In this document: in pieces, positions 9,910 through 19,455 of the stretch | How positions within the stretch are numbered: the first letter of the stretch is position 1 | How the letters are laid out: the number at the start of each line of letters is the position of its first letter | Source of the DNA: Desulfuromonadales bacterium | Lineage (GTDB): Bacteria > Desulfobacterota > Desulfuromonadia > Desulfuromonadales > SZUA-540 | Direction: 5' to 3' | DNA: 64,000 nt | Assembly: GCA_033549025.1 (NCBI GenBank) | Contig: JAWSUS010000006.1 | Span: forward strand, 90,064 to 154,063 | Notes under the pieces: generated by a model | The model's input: the letters and a program-made list of their open reading frames with translations, nothing else | Databases searched by the model: none | Told to the model about the DNA's origin: nothing | Program-made: the position numbers and the translations under genes

Positions 9910-11221
9910 CTTGCTTCGCTTTCTGTCTGTTCTGCTTCTGTTCTCGATGTGGGTTTGCGGTTCTTCGGCGCTGGCGGCGGAGCGGCGCACGGCCGTGGTG
10001 GCCGCTGTTGAAAAAGCGGGCGCCGCCGTGGTGAATATTCGCACCGAGCAGGTTGTCAAAACGCGAAGCACGCCGTTTTTCGGATTTTCCGATCCCTTCT
10101 TCGACCAGTTCTTTCAGGAGATGGTGCCCCAGCGAACCTACACCACCCAATCCCTTGGCTCAGGGGTTATTATCGACCCCAGGGGGTATGTCCTGACCAA
10201 TGCCCATGTGACGGCGAAAGCCTCCCGTATTTTCGTGGCTCTGCCTGAAGGTGGAGTCGAATACGAGGCCACGCTGGTCGGCCAGGATGACTATAATGAC
10301 CTGGCTGTTCTGCAGATCGAATCCCGTCAGAAATTTCCCTCCCTTCTTCCCGCTCAGTCCGATGATCTCATGATCGGAGAGACGGTTATCGCCATCGGCA
10401 ATCCTTTGGGGCTCGGCCATTCCATCACCACCGGCGTGGTCAGCGCGCCCAGACGGCGGATCGCGACAGGGGAGGGTGTGACCTCTTTTTTCATTCAGAC
10501 CGATGCGCTGATCAACCCCGGCAACAGTGGGGGGCCCCTGCTCAATATCAACGGGGAGCTTATCGGCATTAATACGGCGATTGCCCGACAGGCCCAAGGC
10601 ATTGGTTTTGCTATCCCTATCGATACCGCAAAACGAATCGCCCGGGATCTTATCGAGTTTGGCCAGCGACGCCACCCGTACCTGGGGGTTTTTTCAGAAA
10701 CGGTCGGCCAGGCCTTTTCAAAGACCTTCGGGGGGCGGGGTGTTCTGGTAGCTGATGTAAAAAATGGTTCCCCAGCCCAAGTCGCCGGTCTGGAAGTGGC
10801 CGATGTCCTTTTGAGCCTAGACGGCCACATCTTGACCTCGCCTGTCGACCTCTACGCTCTGCTGGCTACCTGCACGCCCCAAAATAAGGTTCGACTCGGT
10901 CTTTTGCGCGGCACCAAAGAACTTGACCTCGAAGTCGTACTGGACGAGCTGCCAGCAGACGCCGGCAGCTGGCATGCCCTGAAGGCTTTTGGGTTTCAGG
11001 TGGATGAGGACCCTGCCGGTTTGGTGATTGTCCACGTGGAAGCCGGCTCTGCCGCCGAGAGAACCGGTTTGCGCCCAGGGGACAGGGTGGCTGAGGTTGC
11101 CGGTAGGCGAGTGGCCTCTCAGGTAGAGTTTTCCCGGCACATAATCAGTCTTCGAGGACAGGCACAAACCAAATTTCTAATCGTGCGGGGCAATCGGGGC
11201 TATTACATCGAACTGCCTTGA
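9887..11221 (+). CDS. DegP/DegQ (HtrA) family serine protease with two PDZ domains
   Basis: Signal peptide; triad motifs TNAHV, NDLAV, GNSGGP; IGFAIP; two PDZ-like repeats. Start is ATG 9887 or GTG 9899. Confidence 0.92.
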   Translation: MELRVKNSLLRFLSVLLLFSMWVCGSSALAAERRTAVVAAVEKAGAAVVNIRTEQVVKTRSTPFFGFSDPFFDQFFQEMVPQRTYTTQSLGSGVIIDPRGYVLTNAHVTAKASRIFVALPEGGVEYEATLVGQDDYNDLAVLQIESRQKFPSLLPAQSDDLMIGETVIAIGNPLGLGHSITTGVVSAPRRRIATGEGVTSFFIQTDALINPGNSGGPLLNINGELIGINTAIARQAQGIGFAIPIDTAKRIARDLIEFGQRRHPYLGVFSETVGQAFSKTFGGRGVLVADVKNGSPAQVAGLEVADVLLSLDGHILTSPVDLYALLATCTPQNKVRLGLLRGTKELDLEVVLDELPADAGSWHALKAFGFQVDEDPAGLVIVHVEAGSAAERTGLRPGDRVAEVAGRRVASQVEFSRHIISLRGQAQTKFLIVRGNRGYYIELP

Positions 11222-11234
11222 AAAAGGAGATTTT

Positions 11235-11696
11235 ATGGCAGAACTGCTGGTTGACGGCAATGCCCTTCGGCGTTCCGAGGAGACTCAATTCCGCATGGAG
11301 GGCTGGATTGCCTGTGCCCCCTGTGAAGACCTGCTGGGCATCCATATCCAAAAGGCGGCGGCGGGCCAGGCTGTTCTCACCATGCCTTTTACCGTCAAGC
11401 TGGCGCAAGGCGGCGGCTTCATGCATGGCGGTGCCCTGACAACCCTTGGCGACACGGCGGTGGCGATGGCGATAAAATCCCTTTTGCCGCCGGATACGAT
11501 CTTTGCCACCACCGAGCTGCACCTGGATTTTGTCGCTCCCGTCAAGGAAGGCACCGTGACGGCAGAAGCGGTCGTCACCGGACCGGTACAGCGAATTTTT
11601 CAGGGAGCCGCCACCCTGTTCGATGACGATGGACGGGTTGTTGCGCGGCTGAAAACCCAGTTCAAAGTGGCACGAGGACAAGGCTTTGACGACTGA
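11235..11696 (+). CDS. PaaI family (hotdog fold) thioesterase
   Basis: MHGGALTTLGDTA motif; AGGAG RBS. Confidence 0.88.
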   Translation: MAELLVDGNALRRSEETQFRMEGWIACAPCEDLLGIHIQKAAAGQAVLTMPFTVKLAQGGGFMHGGALTTLGDTAVAMAIKSLLPPDTIFATTELHLDFVAPVKEGTVTAEAVVTGPVQRIFQGAATLFDDDGRVVARLKTQFKVARGQGFDD

Positions 11697-11822
11697 TCAA
11701 GGAAACTTTTCCAACTCGGTTTATACGGCTTAACCGCCTATGCGACCTTGACTTTTTTAAAAGCAACGGGTAGAACACCAGCAGTGATTCCCCTTTTTGA
11801 ATATGACGAAAGGCCCATAGAC

Positions 11823-12350
11823 ATGATTCGATTGATGACCGCATTTCTACTTCTTTTCACCTTCATGTTTCCGGGCGGTTCCTTGGCGGCCGAGGCCACC
11901 GTACCGACGGGGCGTGTGGTTGTCGGGAGCGTTGCTCCCGATTTTACCCTTAACAATCTGAAGGGCGAACCGGTCTCTTTGTCGCAGTTTCGTGGCAAGG
12001 TGGTCTTTCTCAATTTCTGGGCCAGCTGGTGCCCGCCCTGCCGTGAGGAAATGCCCTCCATGGAACGGTTGAACGAAGTGTTCGGCAGCAGCGATTTTGT
12101 CATGCTGGCGGTCAATGTAGAGGATGACGGTCCGCGCTCTGTGCCCGAATGGCTTAAAGAAAATCCCTACACCTTTCCCATCCTCTTTGATCCGCAAGGT
12201 CAGGAAAAGATGCGCTACGGTGTCACGGCCATACCGGAGACGTTTCTGATCGATAAAAAAGGTGTTGTTGTCGATCGTTTTCTTGGCGCCTACGACTGGT
12301 CTTCCGTGTACACTCTTAAAGAAATCTTTTCCCTAATCAACGAGGAATAA
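11823..12350 (+). CDS. TlpA/ResA family periplasmic thiol-disulfide oxidoreductase
   Basis: Signal peptide; APDFTL; NFWASWCPPC; cis-Pro motif IPETFLID. Confidence 0.9.
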   Translation: MIRLMTAFLLLFTFMFPGGSLAAEATVPTGRVVVGSVAPDFTLNNLKGEPVSLSQFRGKVVFLNFWASWCPPCREEMPSMERLNEVFGSSDFVMLAVNVEDDGPRSVPEWLKENPYTFPILFDPQGQEKMRYGVTAIPETFLIDKKGVVVDRFLGAYDWSSVYTLKEIFSLINEE

Positions 12351-12351
12351 C

Positions 12352-13101
12352 ATGACTGGTTCCGCTGATATCACCATCTGGATCGCTTTTTCCGCCGGGA
12401 TACTGTCGTTTTTTTCTCCCTGCGTCCTGCCCCTGATTCCCTCCTACCTGACCTACATTACAGGGCTTTCCTTCGGGCAGCTTAAAGAGGCGCATCCCAG
12501 CACTAAAGTCAGAGTGACGGTTTTTCTGCATTCCTTGACTTTCATCGCCGGCTTCTCTGTCGTTTTCATCGCCCTGGGGGCTATAGCCGGGGTGGCTTCA
12601 TCCACCTTTCAGACTCACATGCGTGAGGGGCTCATCTGGATTCAACGGATTGGCGGAATTCTCATTTTTCTCTTCGGCGTTCACATGAGCGGCCTGTTTC
12701 ATTTTGGTGTCCTTCTGGGCGAGAAGCGCGTCCATGTCCAACGAAAACCGAGTGGCTTTTTCGGAACCTTTCTGGTCGGACTCGCTTTCGCTGCCGGTTG
12801 GACTCCCTGCATCGGGCCCATTCTCGGCGGCATACTCACGCTGGCCGCCAGCTCTTCCGGCGGCTATGCGCGTGGGGTGATTCTGCTTTCCTTCTACTCG
12901 GCCGGGCTCGGGATTCCGTTTCTTATCTCCGGCGTGCTTTTTCATGGCTTTCTGTCGTTTTTCAACAAGTTTCGCAAGCATATCCGGATCATGGAGATTG
13001 TTACCGGCCTGCTGCTCATGATTGTGGGCGTTATGCTCTTCTTCAATATGTTCGGCAAACTTTCCGGCTACCTCTACCGCTGGATTCCCATGGCTGGTTA
13101 G
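12352..13101 (+). CDS. ccdA: Cytochrome c biogenesis disulfide transporter CcdA
   Basis: SFFSPCVLPLIP and GWTPCIGP motifs; multiple TM segments; next to TlpA. Confidence 0.92.
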   Translation: MTGSADITIWIAFSAGILSFFSPCVLPLIPSYLTYITGLSFGQLKEAHPSTKVRVTVFLHSLTFIAGFSVVFIALGAIAGVASSTFQTHMREGLIWIQRIGGILIFLFGVHMSGLFHFGVLLGEKRVHVQRKPSGFFGTFLVGLAFAAGWTPCIGPILGGILTLAASSSGGYARGVILLSFYSAGLGIPFLISGVLFHGFLSFFNKFRKHIRIMEIVTGLLLMIVGVMLFFNMFGKLSGYLYRWIPMAG

Positions 13102-13120
13102 GGATTCCTGCTAAAGAATC

Positions 13121-13164
13121 TTGACTTGACGCCGTCACCCCTGTTATCTTGAAAATCATTTTCA
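13121..13164 (+). promoter_or_regulatory. Promoter with a Fur box upstream of fur-feoB
   Basis: TTGACT (13121) and TG-n-TATCTT (13145), overlapped by the perfect 7-1-7 palindrome TGAAAAT-C-ATTTTCA (13150-13164). Confidence 0.8.
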
Positions 13165-13181
13165 GGTAAAAGGGGTGACGT

Positions 13182-13616
13182 ATGCAGGAAGTCAAAAAAA
13201 TCTTTCACGACTACCTGGCCCAGCAGGGGCTTAAAAGTACCCGACAACGGGAGATCATCCTTGACGAGTTTCTCCGTTTCGGATCCCATCCCTCCACCGA
13301 AGACCTCTATCTCACGCTACGTAAAAAACATCCCCAGATTGGCTACGCAACCGTACACCGCACGCTGAAGCTGCTGGCCGAATGCGGTCTGGCCGAAGGC
13401 CATAACTTTGGGGACGGGCAGACCCGCTACGAGTCCTGTGTCGATGAACAGCATCATGACCACCTCGTCTGTACCGATTGTGGCGCCATACTGGAGTTCT
13501 ATGACCCGCGCATTGAGAAACTGCAGGATGAAGTCGCCAGGGACCATGGCTTCACGATCCGAAATCATCGACTCGAACTCTATGGTCTCTGCTCCAAATG
13601 CACTCAAAAAAAATAA
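13182..13616 (+). CDS. fur: Ferric uptake regulator
   Basis: TRQREII, ATVHRTLKLL, HHDHLVCTDCG, C-terminal CSKC. Confidence 0.93.
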   Translation: MQEVKKIFHDYLAQQGLKSTRQREIILDEFLRFGSHPSTEDLYLTLRKKHPQIGYATVHRTLKLLAECGLAEGHNFGDGQTRYESCVDEQHHDHLVCTDCGAILEFYDPRIEKLQDEVARDHGFTIRNHRLELYGLCSKCTQKK

Positions 13617-13667
13617 CAGCCAGATTCACCATGACCTCATTCATCCATACTCCTGAAGGACACCCCC

Positions 13668-15629
13668 ATGGCCGCCGTTGATAAAGGCCAAGACGCTCCC
13701 CGTATTATTCTTGTCGGCAGCCCCAACGTCGGCAAGAGCTCTCTGTTTAACGAGCTGACCGGAACGTACACCACCGTTTCAAATTATCCTGGTACATCCG
13801 TCGAAATTTCCCGCGGCCACTGCGATATCGCTGGGACCCGCTATGAGGTCCTCGACACGCCTGGCATGTACTCGCTCATACCGATTTCCGAAGAGGAAAA
13901 GGTGGCGCGGGATATCCTGCTGAACGAAACGCCCCACGTCGTCATTCACGTTATTGATGCCCGCAATGTTGAGCGCATGCTCCCCATGACCCTTCAGCTC
14001 ATCGAAGCGGGCCTTCCCATGATGCTGGTCATCAATATTATGGATGAGGCGGAGCGACTGGGCATCCAGATTGATTTCCCCGCGCTGCGTGAGCGCCTCG
14101 GCATTCCCGTGATCGGGGCGGCGACCGCGCGCCGCCGTGGTCTTCAGGAAATTCGGCAGGCGATTGACAATCAGGAATTCGGCGTCGGTGCCCCGTTTTC
14201 CTACTCCCCCGACCTCGAAGACGATATTCATGAAATATCAGCCTGTTTTCAGAGCGATTACCGACTCAGCCGCCGCTCGCTCGCGTTGCTTCTTTTGCAG
14301 AAGGACACACATATCCAGGCGCTGGTCGGGGACAGGGAAGGGGAGTTGGCTGAGCCGCTGATGGAGTGCGTCAAGAAGGTCTCCTTTGCCCGACGTTCTG
14401 ATCTTCACCTTCATATCAGCCTGGAACGCAAAAGAATTACCCGCAATCTACTCAACGGAGTTCTGACCCAGGAAGGGGGCAGAAAACCGGCGCTGTCGGA
14501 CCGCCTTTCTGCCCTGACCATGAATCCCTGGACCGGGTTCCCCTTCTTGTTGGCTACCCTCTATTTCGGGCTGTACAAGTTTGTCGGCGGCTTTGGTGCC
14601 GGTACCGTGGTCGATTTTCTGGAGTCGACGCTTTTTGAGGCGTACCTCATCCCCTGGCTCATGCACCTGGGGGATCGCTTTCTGCCCTGGTACTGGCTGC
14701 ACGAACTCATGGTGGGGGAATACGGCATATTTACCCTGGCCATACGCTATGCCGTCGCCATTGTGCTGCCTATCGTCGGTACCTTTTTTCTCGCCTTCTC
14801 CATTATTGAAGATACCGGCTATTTTCCGCGTCTGGCCATGCTGGTTGATCGGATTTTCAAAAAAATCGGGCTGAACGGTCGAGCGGTCATTCCTCTGGTG
14901 CTCGGTTTTGGCTGCGACACCATGGCTACGATCGTTACACGCACCCTGGAAACCGTACGGGAGAGAATCATCGCCACAGTCCTGCTGGCCCTGGCTATCC
15001 CCTGTTCGGCTCAACTTGGCGTCATTCTCGGCCTTTTATCCAGCGTGCCCGGGGCCTTGGCCGTCTGGACCCTCAGCATGGCTCTTGTCTTTCTGCTCAT
15101 CGGGTTTTTGGCTGCCCGTCTGGTGCCGGGAGAACAGCCCATGTTTTACATGGAAATCCCTCCCTTGCGCATGCCCCAGTTGCGCAACGTGATAACCAAG
15201 ACGCTGACCCGGATGCAGTGGTACTTTGTCGAGATATTCCCCTTGTTCATTATCGCTTCCGTGCTTTTGTGGGCCGGCAAACTCAGTGGGGGCCTGGCCT
15301 GGGTGGTGAAGGGGATGGAGCCCGTCATGACGATGCTGGGGCTGCCCTCACAGGCCTCCGCCGCCTTTATTTTCGGATTCTTTCGGCGGGATTTCGGCGC
15401 GGCCGGGCTTTATGACATGCAGACATCCGGTCTGCTTTCGCCGGTACAATTGACTGTTGCTGCGGTTACTCTGACCCTTTTCGTGCCCTGTGTGGCCCAA
15501 TTTCTGGTTATGAACAAAGAGAGGGGATGGAAGGTTGCCTTCGGGATTTTTATCTTCGTTACTCTTCTCGCGTTTGGGGTCGGCTGGCTTCTCAATAAGA
15601 TGCTGCTCTTTACGGGTGTACTGGCATGA
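13668..15629 (+). CDS. feoB: Ferrous iron transporter FeoB
   Basis: G1 GSPNVGKS, NYPGT, DTPG, G4-like NIMD; membrane motifs EDTGYFPR, LGFGC, IPCSAQ, FVPC. Confidence 0.96.
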   Translation: MAAVDKGQDAPRIILVGSPNVGKSSLFNELTGTYTTVSNYPGTSVEISRGHCDIAGTRYEVLDTPGMYSLIPISEEEKVARDILLNETPHVVIHVIDARNVERMLPMTLQLIEAGLPMMLVINIMDEAERLGIQIDFPALRERLGIPVIGAATARRRGLQEIRQAIDNQEFGVGAPFSYSPDLEDDIHEISACFQSDYRLSRRSLALLLLQKDTHIQALVGDREGELAEPLMECVKKVSFARRSDLHLHISLERKRITRNLLNGVLTQEGGRKPALSDRLSALTMNPWTGFPFLLATLYFGLYKFVGGFGAGTVVDFLESTLFEAYLIPWLMHLGDRFLPWYWLHELMVGEYGIFTLAIRYAVAIVLPIVGTFFLAFSIIEDTGYFPRLAMLVDRIFKKIGLNGRAVIPLVLGFGCDTMATIVTRTLETVRERIIATVLLALAIPCSAQLGVILGLLSSVPGALAVWTLSMALVFLLIGFLAARLVPGEQPMFYMEIPPLRMPQLRNVITKTLTRMQWYFVEIFPLFIIASVLLWAGKLSGGLAWVVKGMEPVMTMLGLPSQASAAFIFGFFRRDFGAAGLYDMQTSGLLSPVQLTVAAVTLTLFVPCVAQFLVMNKERGWKVAFGIFIFVTLLAFGVGWLLNKMLLFTGVLA

Positions 15630-15811
15630 AATGTGGTTTTTGCCAGAAAGAACTGCCGGACGACGCTCTTGAAAAACAGCCTCGGTGTGGTCTGTGCCCT
15701 GGGGGTTGTCGGAAGATTCACTGCCCCTTCTGCGGCTATGACAACCCGGTTATGCCTTCCTATTTAAAACGTTTGGCCAGGAAAAAGAACGATCAAGGAG
15801 GATCCCAATGA
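15626..15811 (+). CDS. Small Cys-rich protein (FeoC-like candidate)
   Basis: 61 aa with CxxC, CxxCxxxC and CxxC; ATGA overlaps with both neighbours. Confidence 0.75.
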   Translation: MKCGFCQKELPDDALEKQPRCGLCPGGCRKIHCPFCGYDNPVMPSYLKRLARKKNDQGGSQ

Positions 15812-16455
15812 AGCTTTCTGAAAAAGCCGAGGAAATTCTTGAGGCGCTGTGGATAGCGACGGAAGAAGAAGGGGAGAATGGCGCCCACTTCCAGACCCTC
15901 GGTGTCGGCCCTGATGACGAAGGGCTTCGGGAACTGGATCGCCTGGCCTACATTGAGGTCAGGGGAGAGCGTGTCCACCTGCGTCAGGAAGGCCGGGAGG
16001 AGGCCAAAATGACCGTTCGCCGCCACCGGCTGGCTGAACGCCTCATGATGGATGTGCTGGACATCAAAGGGGAAAGCGGCGACGCCAAGGCCTGTGAGTT
16101 TGAACATCTTCTGCACCAGGGCGTAGATACCAAAATCTGCACGCTGCTCAATCATCCCACCACCTGCCCGCATGGAAAACCTATTCCCCCGGGCAAATGC
16201 TGCCTGGAAGCCCAGGCGCGCGGGGAGGCCGGCGTTGTACCCCTCACGGAGGTCAATGCGGGGCAAAAGGGAGAGATTGCCTATCTGTCCGTGACCGATC
16301 CCAAAAAGATGCAAAAACTGATGAGTCTGGGAGTCCTCCCCGGCAATCAGTTGCGGCTGGCGCGGACTTTTCCGGCTTACGTCTTCACGGTTGGAAATTC
16401 CGAGTTTGCCGTCGACGAAGACCTGGCCAGGGAAATCTTTGTCAGAAAAATCTGA
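15808..16455 (+). CDS. ideR: DtxR/IdeR-family metal-dependent regulator with C-terminal FeoA/SH3 domain
   Basis: RRHRLAER, ACEFEH, PTTCPHGKPIP; FeoA-like KLMSLGVLPG. Confidence 0.85.
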   Translation: MKLSEKAEEILEALWIATEEEGENGAHFQTLGVGPDDEGLRELDRLAYIEVRGERVHLRQEGREEAKMTVRRHRLAERLMMDVLDIKGESGDAKACEFEHLLHQGVDTKICTLLNHPTTCPHGKPIPPGKCCLEAQARGEAGVVPLTEVNAGQKGEIAYLSVTDPKKMQKLMSLGVLPGNQLRLARTFPAYVFTVGNSEFAVDEDLAREIFVRKI

Positions 16456-16631
16456 TAAGTCCGGTAAAAGGATTTATGGATATCGTCAGCTGTATTTGCC
16501 CGGTGTTCCGAAACTGTGTGAGGCTGCAAAAACGCTTTACTTGATGCATATTTCCTGATAACTATTCACGGGTCGAGTATACGGCACCCCTGACGTTTTC
16601 CGACATCACTTCCCTTGGCAGGAGAGTAAGA

Positions 16632-17483
16632 ATGCATGCTGATTTGAAATCTGTTGTGGCGACCGTGGGCGATTTGCCCCCCATGCCCGCGGTGGCCGTT
16701 AAGGTTATGGAGCTTCTGCAGGATCCTGAGAGCACCGCTGATGGACTGGCCAATGCCATTTCCGCTGACCCCGCTGTTTCAGCCCGTATCCTTAAAATTG
16801 CCAATTCCTCGTTTTACGGATTGCAGCGTCAGGTGTCGACCCTGAAAGCCGCTATCGTTATTTTGGGGCAGAAGACTTTGAGAAGCCTGGTTCTAGCGGC
16901 CAGCCTGACCGGGATGCACCGCAAATATGGATTGCAGGAAAAAATGCTTTGGGAAGATTCCGTTGGCGCCGCCATCGCCGGACGGCTGCTGGCTCAGCAT
17001 CTTCGTTCACTTGATCCTGAGGAGGCCTTTTTGGCCGGCCTTTTCCGTCACATCGGTAAAGTTGTGCGCAGCAATAACAATAACGAAGAATTTACCAGCA
17101 TTATTCAGGCCGTATATAATGGAGAAGGGTCTTTTTCCGAACTGGAGAAGCACTATTTTCCCCATGACCATGCCGTTGTCGGGGCCGCCGTACTCGACAA
17201 GTGGAACTTCGCACCGGCGCTGATTCAAAGTACCCTGCATCATGAAAATCTGGATGTTGACCCCGACGAAGACCCGAACGCCTACCGCCTTACCGCAGCC
17301 ATTAATCTGGCTGGCGCCATGTGTCGAAAGTTGGGGATCGGACAGCGTTCGCCGGAGGAAGACCTGGATCTTTCCGCGACGGCCGGGGCTAAGGCCCTTG
17401 GAATGGACCAGGATGATCTGGATGATCTTGTCGCGCAATTCAAAAAAGTCTATGACGAAAATCGCGGACTTTTTTTCTCCTGA
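16632..17483 (+). CDS. Stand-alone HDOD domain protein
   Basis: LPPMP, ADPAVSARILKIANSSFYG, AIVILG, AFLAGLFRHIGK, HAVVGA..LDKWNF. Confidence 0.9.
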   Translation: MHADLKSVVATVGDLPPMPAVAVKVMELLQDPESTADGLANAISADPAVSARILKIANSSFYGLQRQVSTLKAAIVILGQKTLRSLVLAASLTGMHRKYGLQEKMLWEDSVGAAIAGRLLAQHLRSLDPEEAFLAGLFRHIGKVVRSNNNNEEFTSIIQAVYNGEGSFSELEKHYFPHDHAVVGAAVLDKWNFAPALIQSTLHHENLDVDPDEDPNAYRLTAAINLAGAMCRKLGIGQRSPEEDLDLSATAGAKALGMDQDDLDDLVAQFKKVYDENRGLFFS

Positions 17484-17520
17484 TTCCTCTGTCAGTTCCT
17501 CCCTGTCAACGTAACCGTTT

Positions 17521-17567
17521 AAAATTCCGGAAGACCCTGGCCACGCAGGGCTTCCGGAATTTTTTTT
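17521..17567 (+). terminator. Intrinsic terminator after the HDOD gene
   Basis: AAAATTCCGGAAG-ACCCTG...CAGGG-CTTCCGGAATTTT stem followed by a T run. Confidence 0.75.
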
Positions 17568-17604
17568 CTGGAAAGCATTTAAGTCTGTAACGGGTAAAAG
17601 AAGT

Positions 17605-19431
17605 ATGACTCAACGTGTCGATTTTTTGCCGACCTGTCTGGAAGATATGAAAAAAAGGGGGTGGGACGAACTGGATGTCCTGTTCGTCAGTGGGGACGCC
17701 TATGTCGATCACCCTTCTTTTGGCGTTCCTCTGTTGGCCCGTTACCTGCTGGCCAACGGTTTTCGTGTCGGGATCATTGCCCAGCCTGATTGGCGGGACC
17801 GCGAGGCCTTTGCAGTGATGGGGCGTCCTCGCCTGTTTGCCGCTCTTTCCGCAGGAGCAATGGACTCGATGGTCAATCATTATACCGCTGCCCGCAAAAG
17901 GCGCCGCGACGATGCCTATACGCCCGGTGGCCATGCCGGTGCCCGTCCTGATCGCGCCCTCATAACCTATACGGCGGCAGTCAAGTCTGCGTTCAAAGGA
18001 CTGCCCGTTGTCCTGGGCGGCATCGAGGGGAGTCTTCGCCGATTGGCCCACTACGATTATTGGAGTGATGCGGTGCGGCGGTCTATTCTTCTTGACAGTA
18101 AAGCCGATTTACTGATTTACGGAATGGGCGAAAAGCCTCTACTGGAGGTTGCCCGGCGGATGCAGGCCGGCGAGTCCCTCGAATCGATTCAGGATATACC
18201 GGGAACGGCGTTTCTTGGCCGCAACTGCCCGACGGGAAGTGTCGCCTTGCCATCCTTTGAAGAGGTCAGCCAAAACAAGGCCGCATTCAACCAGGCGTTT
18301 CGACAGGCTTCGGAAGAATCCAATCCCTTTCGGGGGCGCGCGCTTTGCCAGGGTCATGGAAATCGACAAGTCATCGTCAATCCGCCTCAAAAGCCGCTCA
18401 GCCAAGAGGAGATGGACCGCATCTACGCCCTGCCTTTTGCCCGACGGCCCCACCCTGACTATGGGGAGCCCATACCGGCTTTTATCCAGATCCGTCACTC
18501 CATCACTTCCCATCGCGGCTGTTTTGGTGGATGCTCTTTCTGCGCGATTGCCGGTCATCAGGGCAAGACGATACAATCTCGTTCCGAAGCCTCCGTCCTG
18601 GCAGAAGTCAATCGCCTGGTTCATGATCCTGAATTTTCTGGGACCATCACCGATGTCGGCGGTCCCACCGCCAACATGTATGGTCTGAAATGCAAACACC
18701 CGGAGGCCGAAACGGCTTGCCGCCGGGTCAGTTGCCTGTTCCCCCAAATCTGTCCGAATCTGGATACCCGTGACGGTAAGGCTGTCCATCTTTTGCAAAA
18801 AATCCGCGAGACAAAGGGTGTGCGTCATGTCTTTGTGGCCTCCGGCGTGCGGTTCGATCTGTTTGCCAAGCAGCCGGCCTATTTAGACGAACTGCTCAGG
18901 CACCACGTCGGCGGATTGCTTAAAGTGGCGCCGGAATCGGCCTCGGATGATGTTTTGGCTCTGATGCACAAACCACCTGCCCGTATTTTCGAAGAGTTCC
19001 TGCAGGCCTTTCGTCAATTCAACCGCTCAGAGGCGAAACGGTTGGGGATTGTCCCCTACTTTATCTCCGGGCATCCCGGCAGTACTCTCTCCGCTTTGGT
19101 CGATGGGGCTCTTTTTTTGTGCAGAAATGGGTTGCGTGTGGAGCAGGTTCAGGAATTCACGCCGACGCCTGGCACCCTGTCAACATGCATCTATCACACC
19201 GGGGTGGATCCTTTCAGTGGCCAGGAGGTCTATGTGCCGCGCTCCGCCCGTGAGCGCCGGCTGCAGAAGTCGCTCCTCTTATGGCATCTGCCCGAAAGCC
19301 GCCAGGATATCCTTGAAGCGCTGAAATTGACCGGTCGGCTGGATGAAGGTGCGGTGCTGCTGGATCAAGCCAAGTTGGGGGGGGGGCATAAGGAAAAAGC
19401 CAAAAATCGGCGGCCGAACAGAAAAAGATGA
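17605..19431 (+). CDS. YgiQ family (UPF0313) radical SAM protein
   Basis: GDAYVDHPSFG, DSMVNHYT, SLRRLAHYDYW, RGCFGGCSFC (CX3CX2C), DVGGPTANMY, PYFISGHPG. Confidence 0.93.
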   Translation: MTQRVDFLPTCLEDMKKRGWDELDVLFVSGDAYVDHPSFGVPLLARYLLANGFRVGIIAQPDWRDREAFAVMGRPRLFAALSAGAMDSMVNHYTAARKRRRDDAYTPGGHAGARPDRALITYTAAVKSAFKGLPVVLGGIEGSLRRLAHYDYWSDAVRRSILLDSKADLLIYGMGEKPLLEVARRMQAGESLESIQDIPGTAFLGRNCPTGSVALPSFEEVSQNKAAFNQAFRQASEESNPFRGRALCQGHGNRQVIVNPPQKPLSQEEMDRIYALPFARRPHPDYGEPIPAFIQIRHSITSHRGCFGGCSFCAIAGHQGKTIQSRSEASVLAEVNRLVHDPEFSGTITDVGGPTANMYGLKCKHPEAETACRRVSCLFPQICPNLDTRDGKAVHLLQKIRETKGVRHVFVASGVRFDLFAKQPAYLDELLRHHVGGLLKVAPESASDDVLALMHKPPARIFEEFLQAFRQFNRSEAKRLGIVPYFISGHPGSTLSALVDGALFLCRNGLRVEQVQEFTPTPGTLSTCIYHTGVDPFSGQEVYVPRSARERRLQKSLLLWHLPESRQDILEALKLTGRLDEGAVLLDQAKLGGGHKEKAKNRRPNRKR

Positions 19432-19455
19432 AGGCGGGATGGTGATCCTGTCGGG

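Noticed and set aside
8569..10071. 500-aa minus-strand ORF
   Set aside because: Antisense shadow of the NtrC-type regulator; no recognisable motifs.
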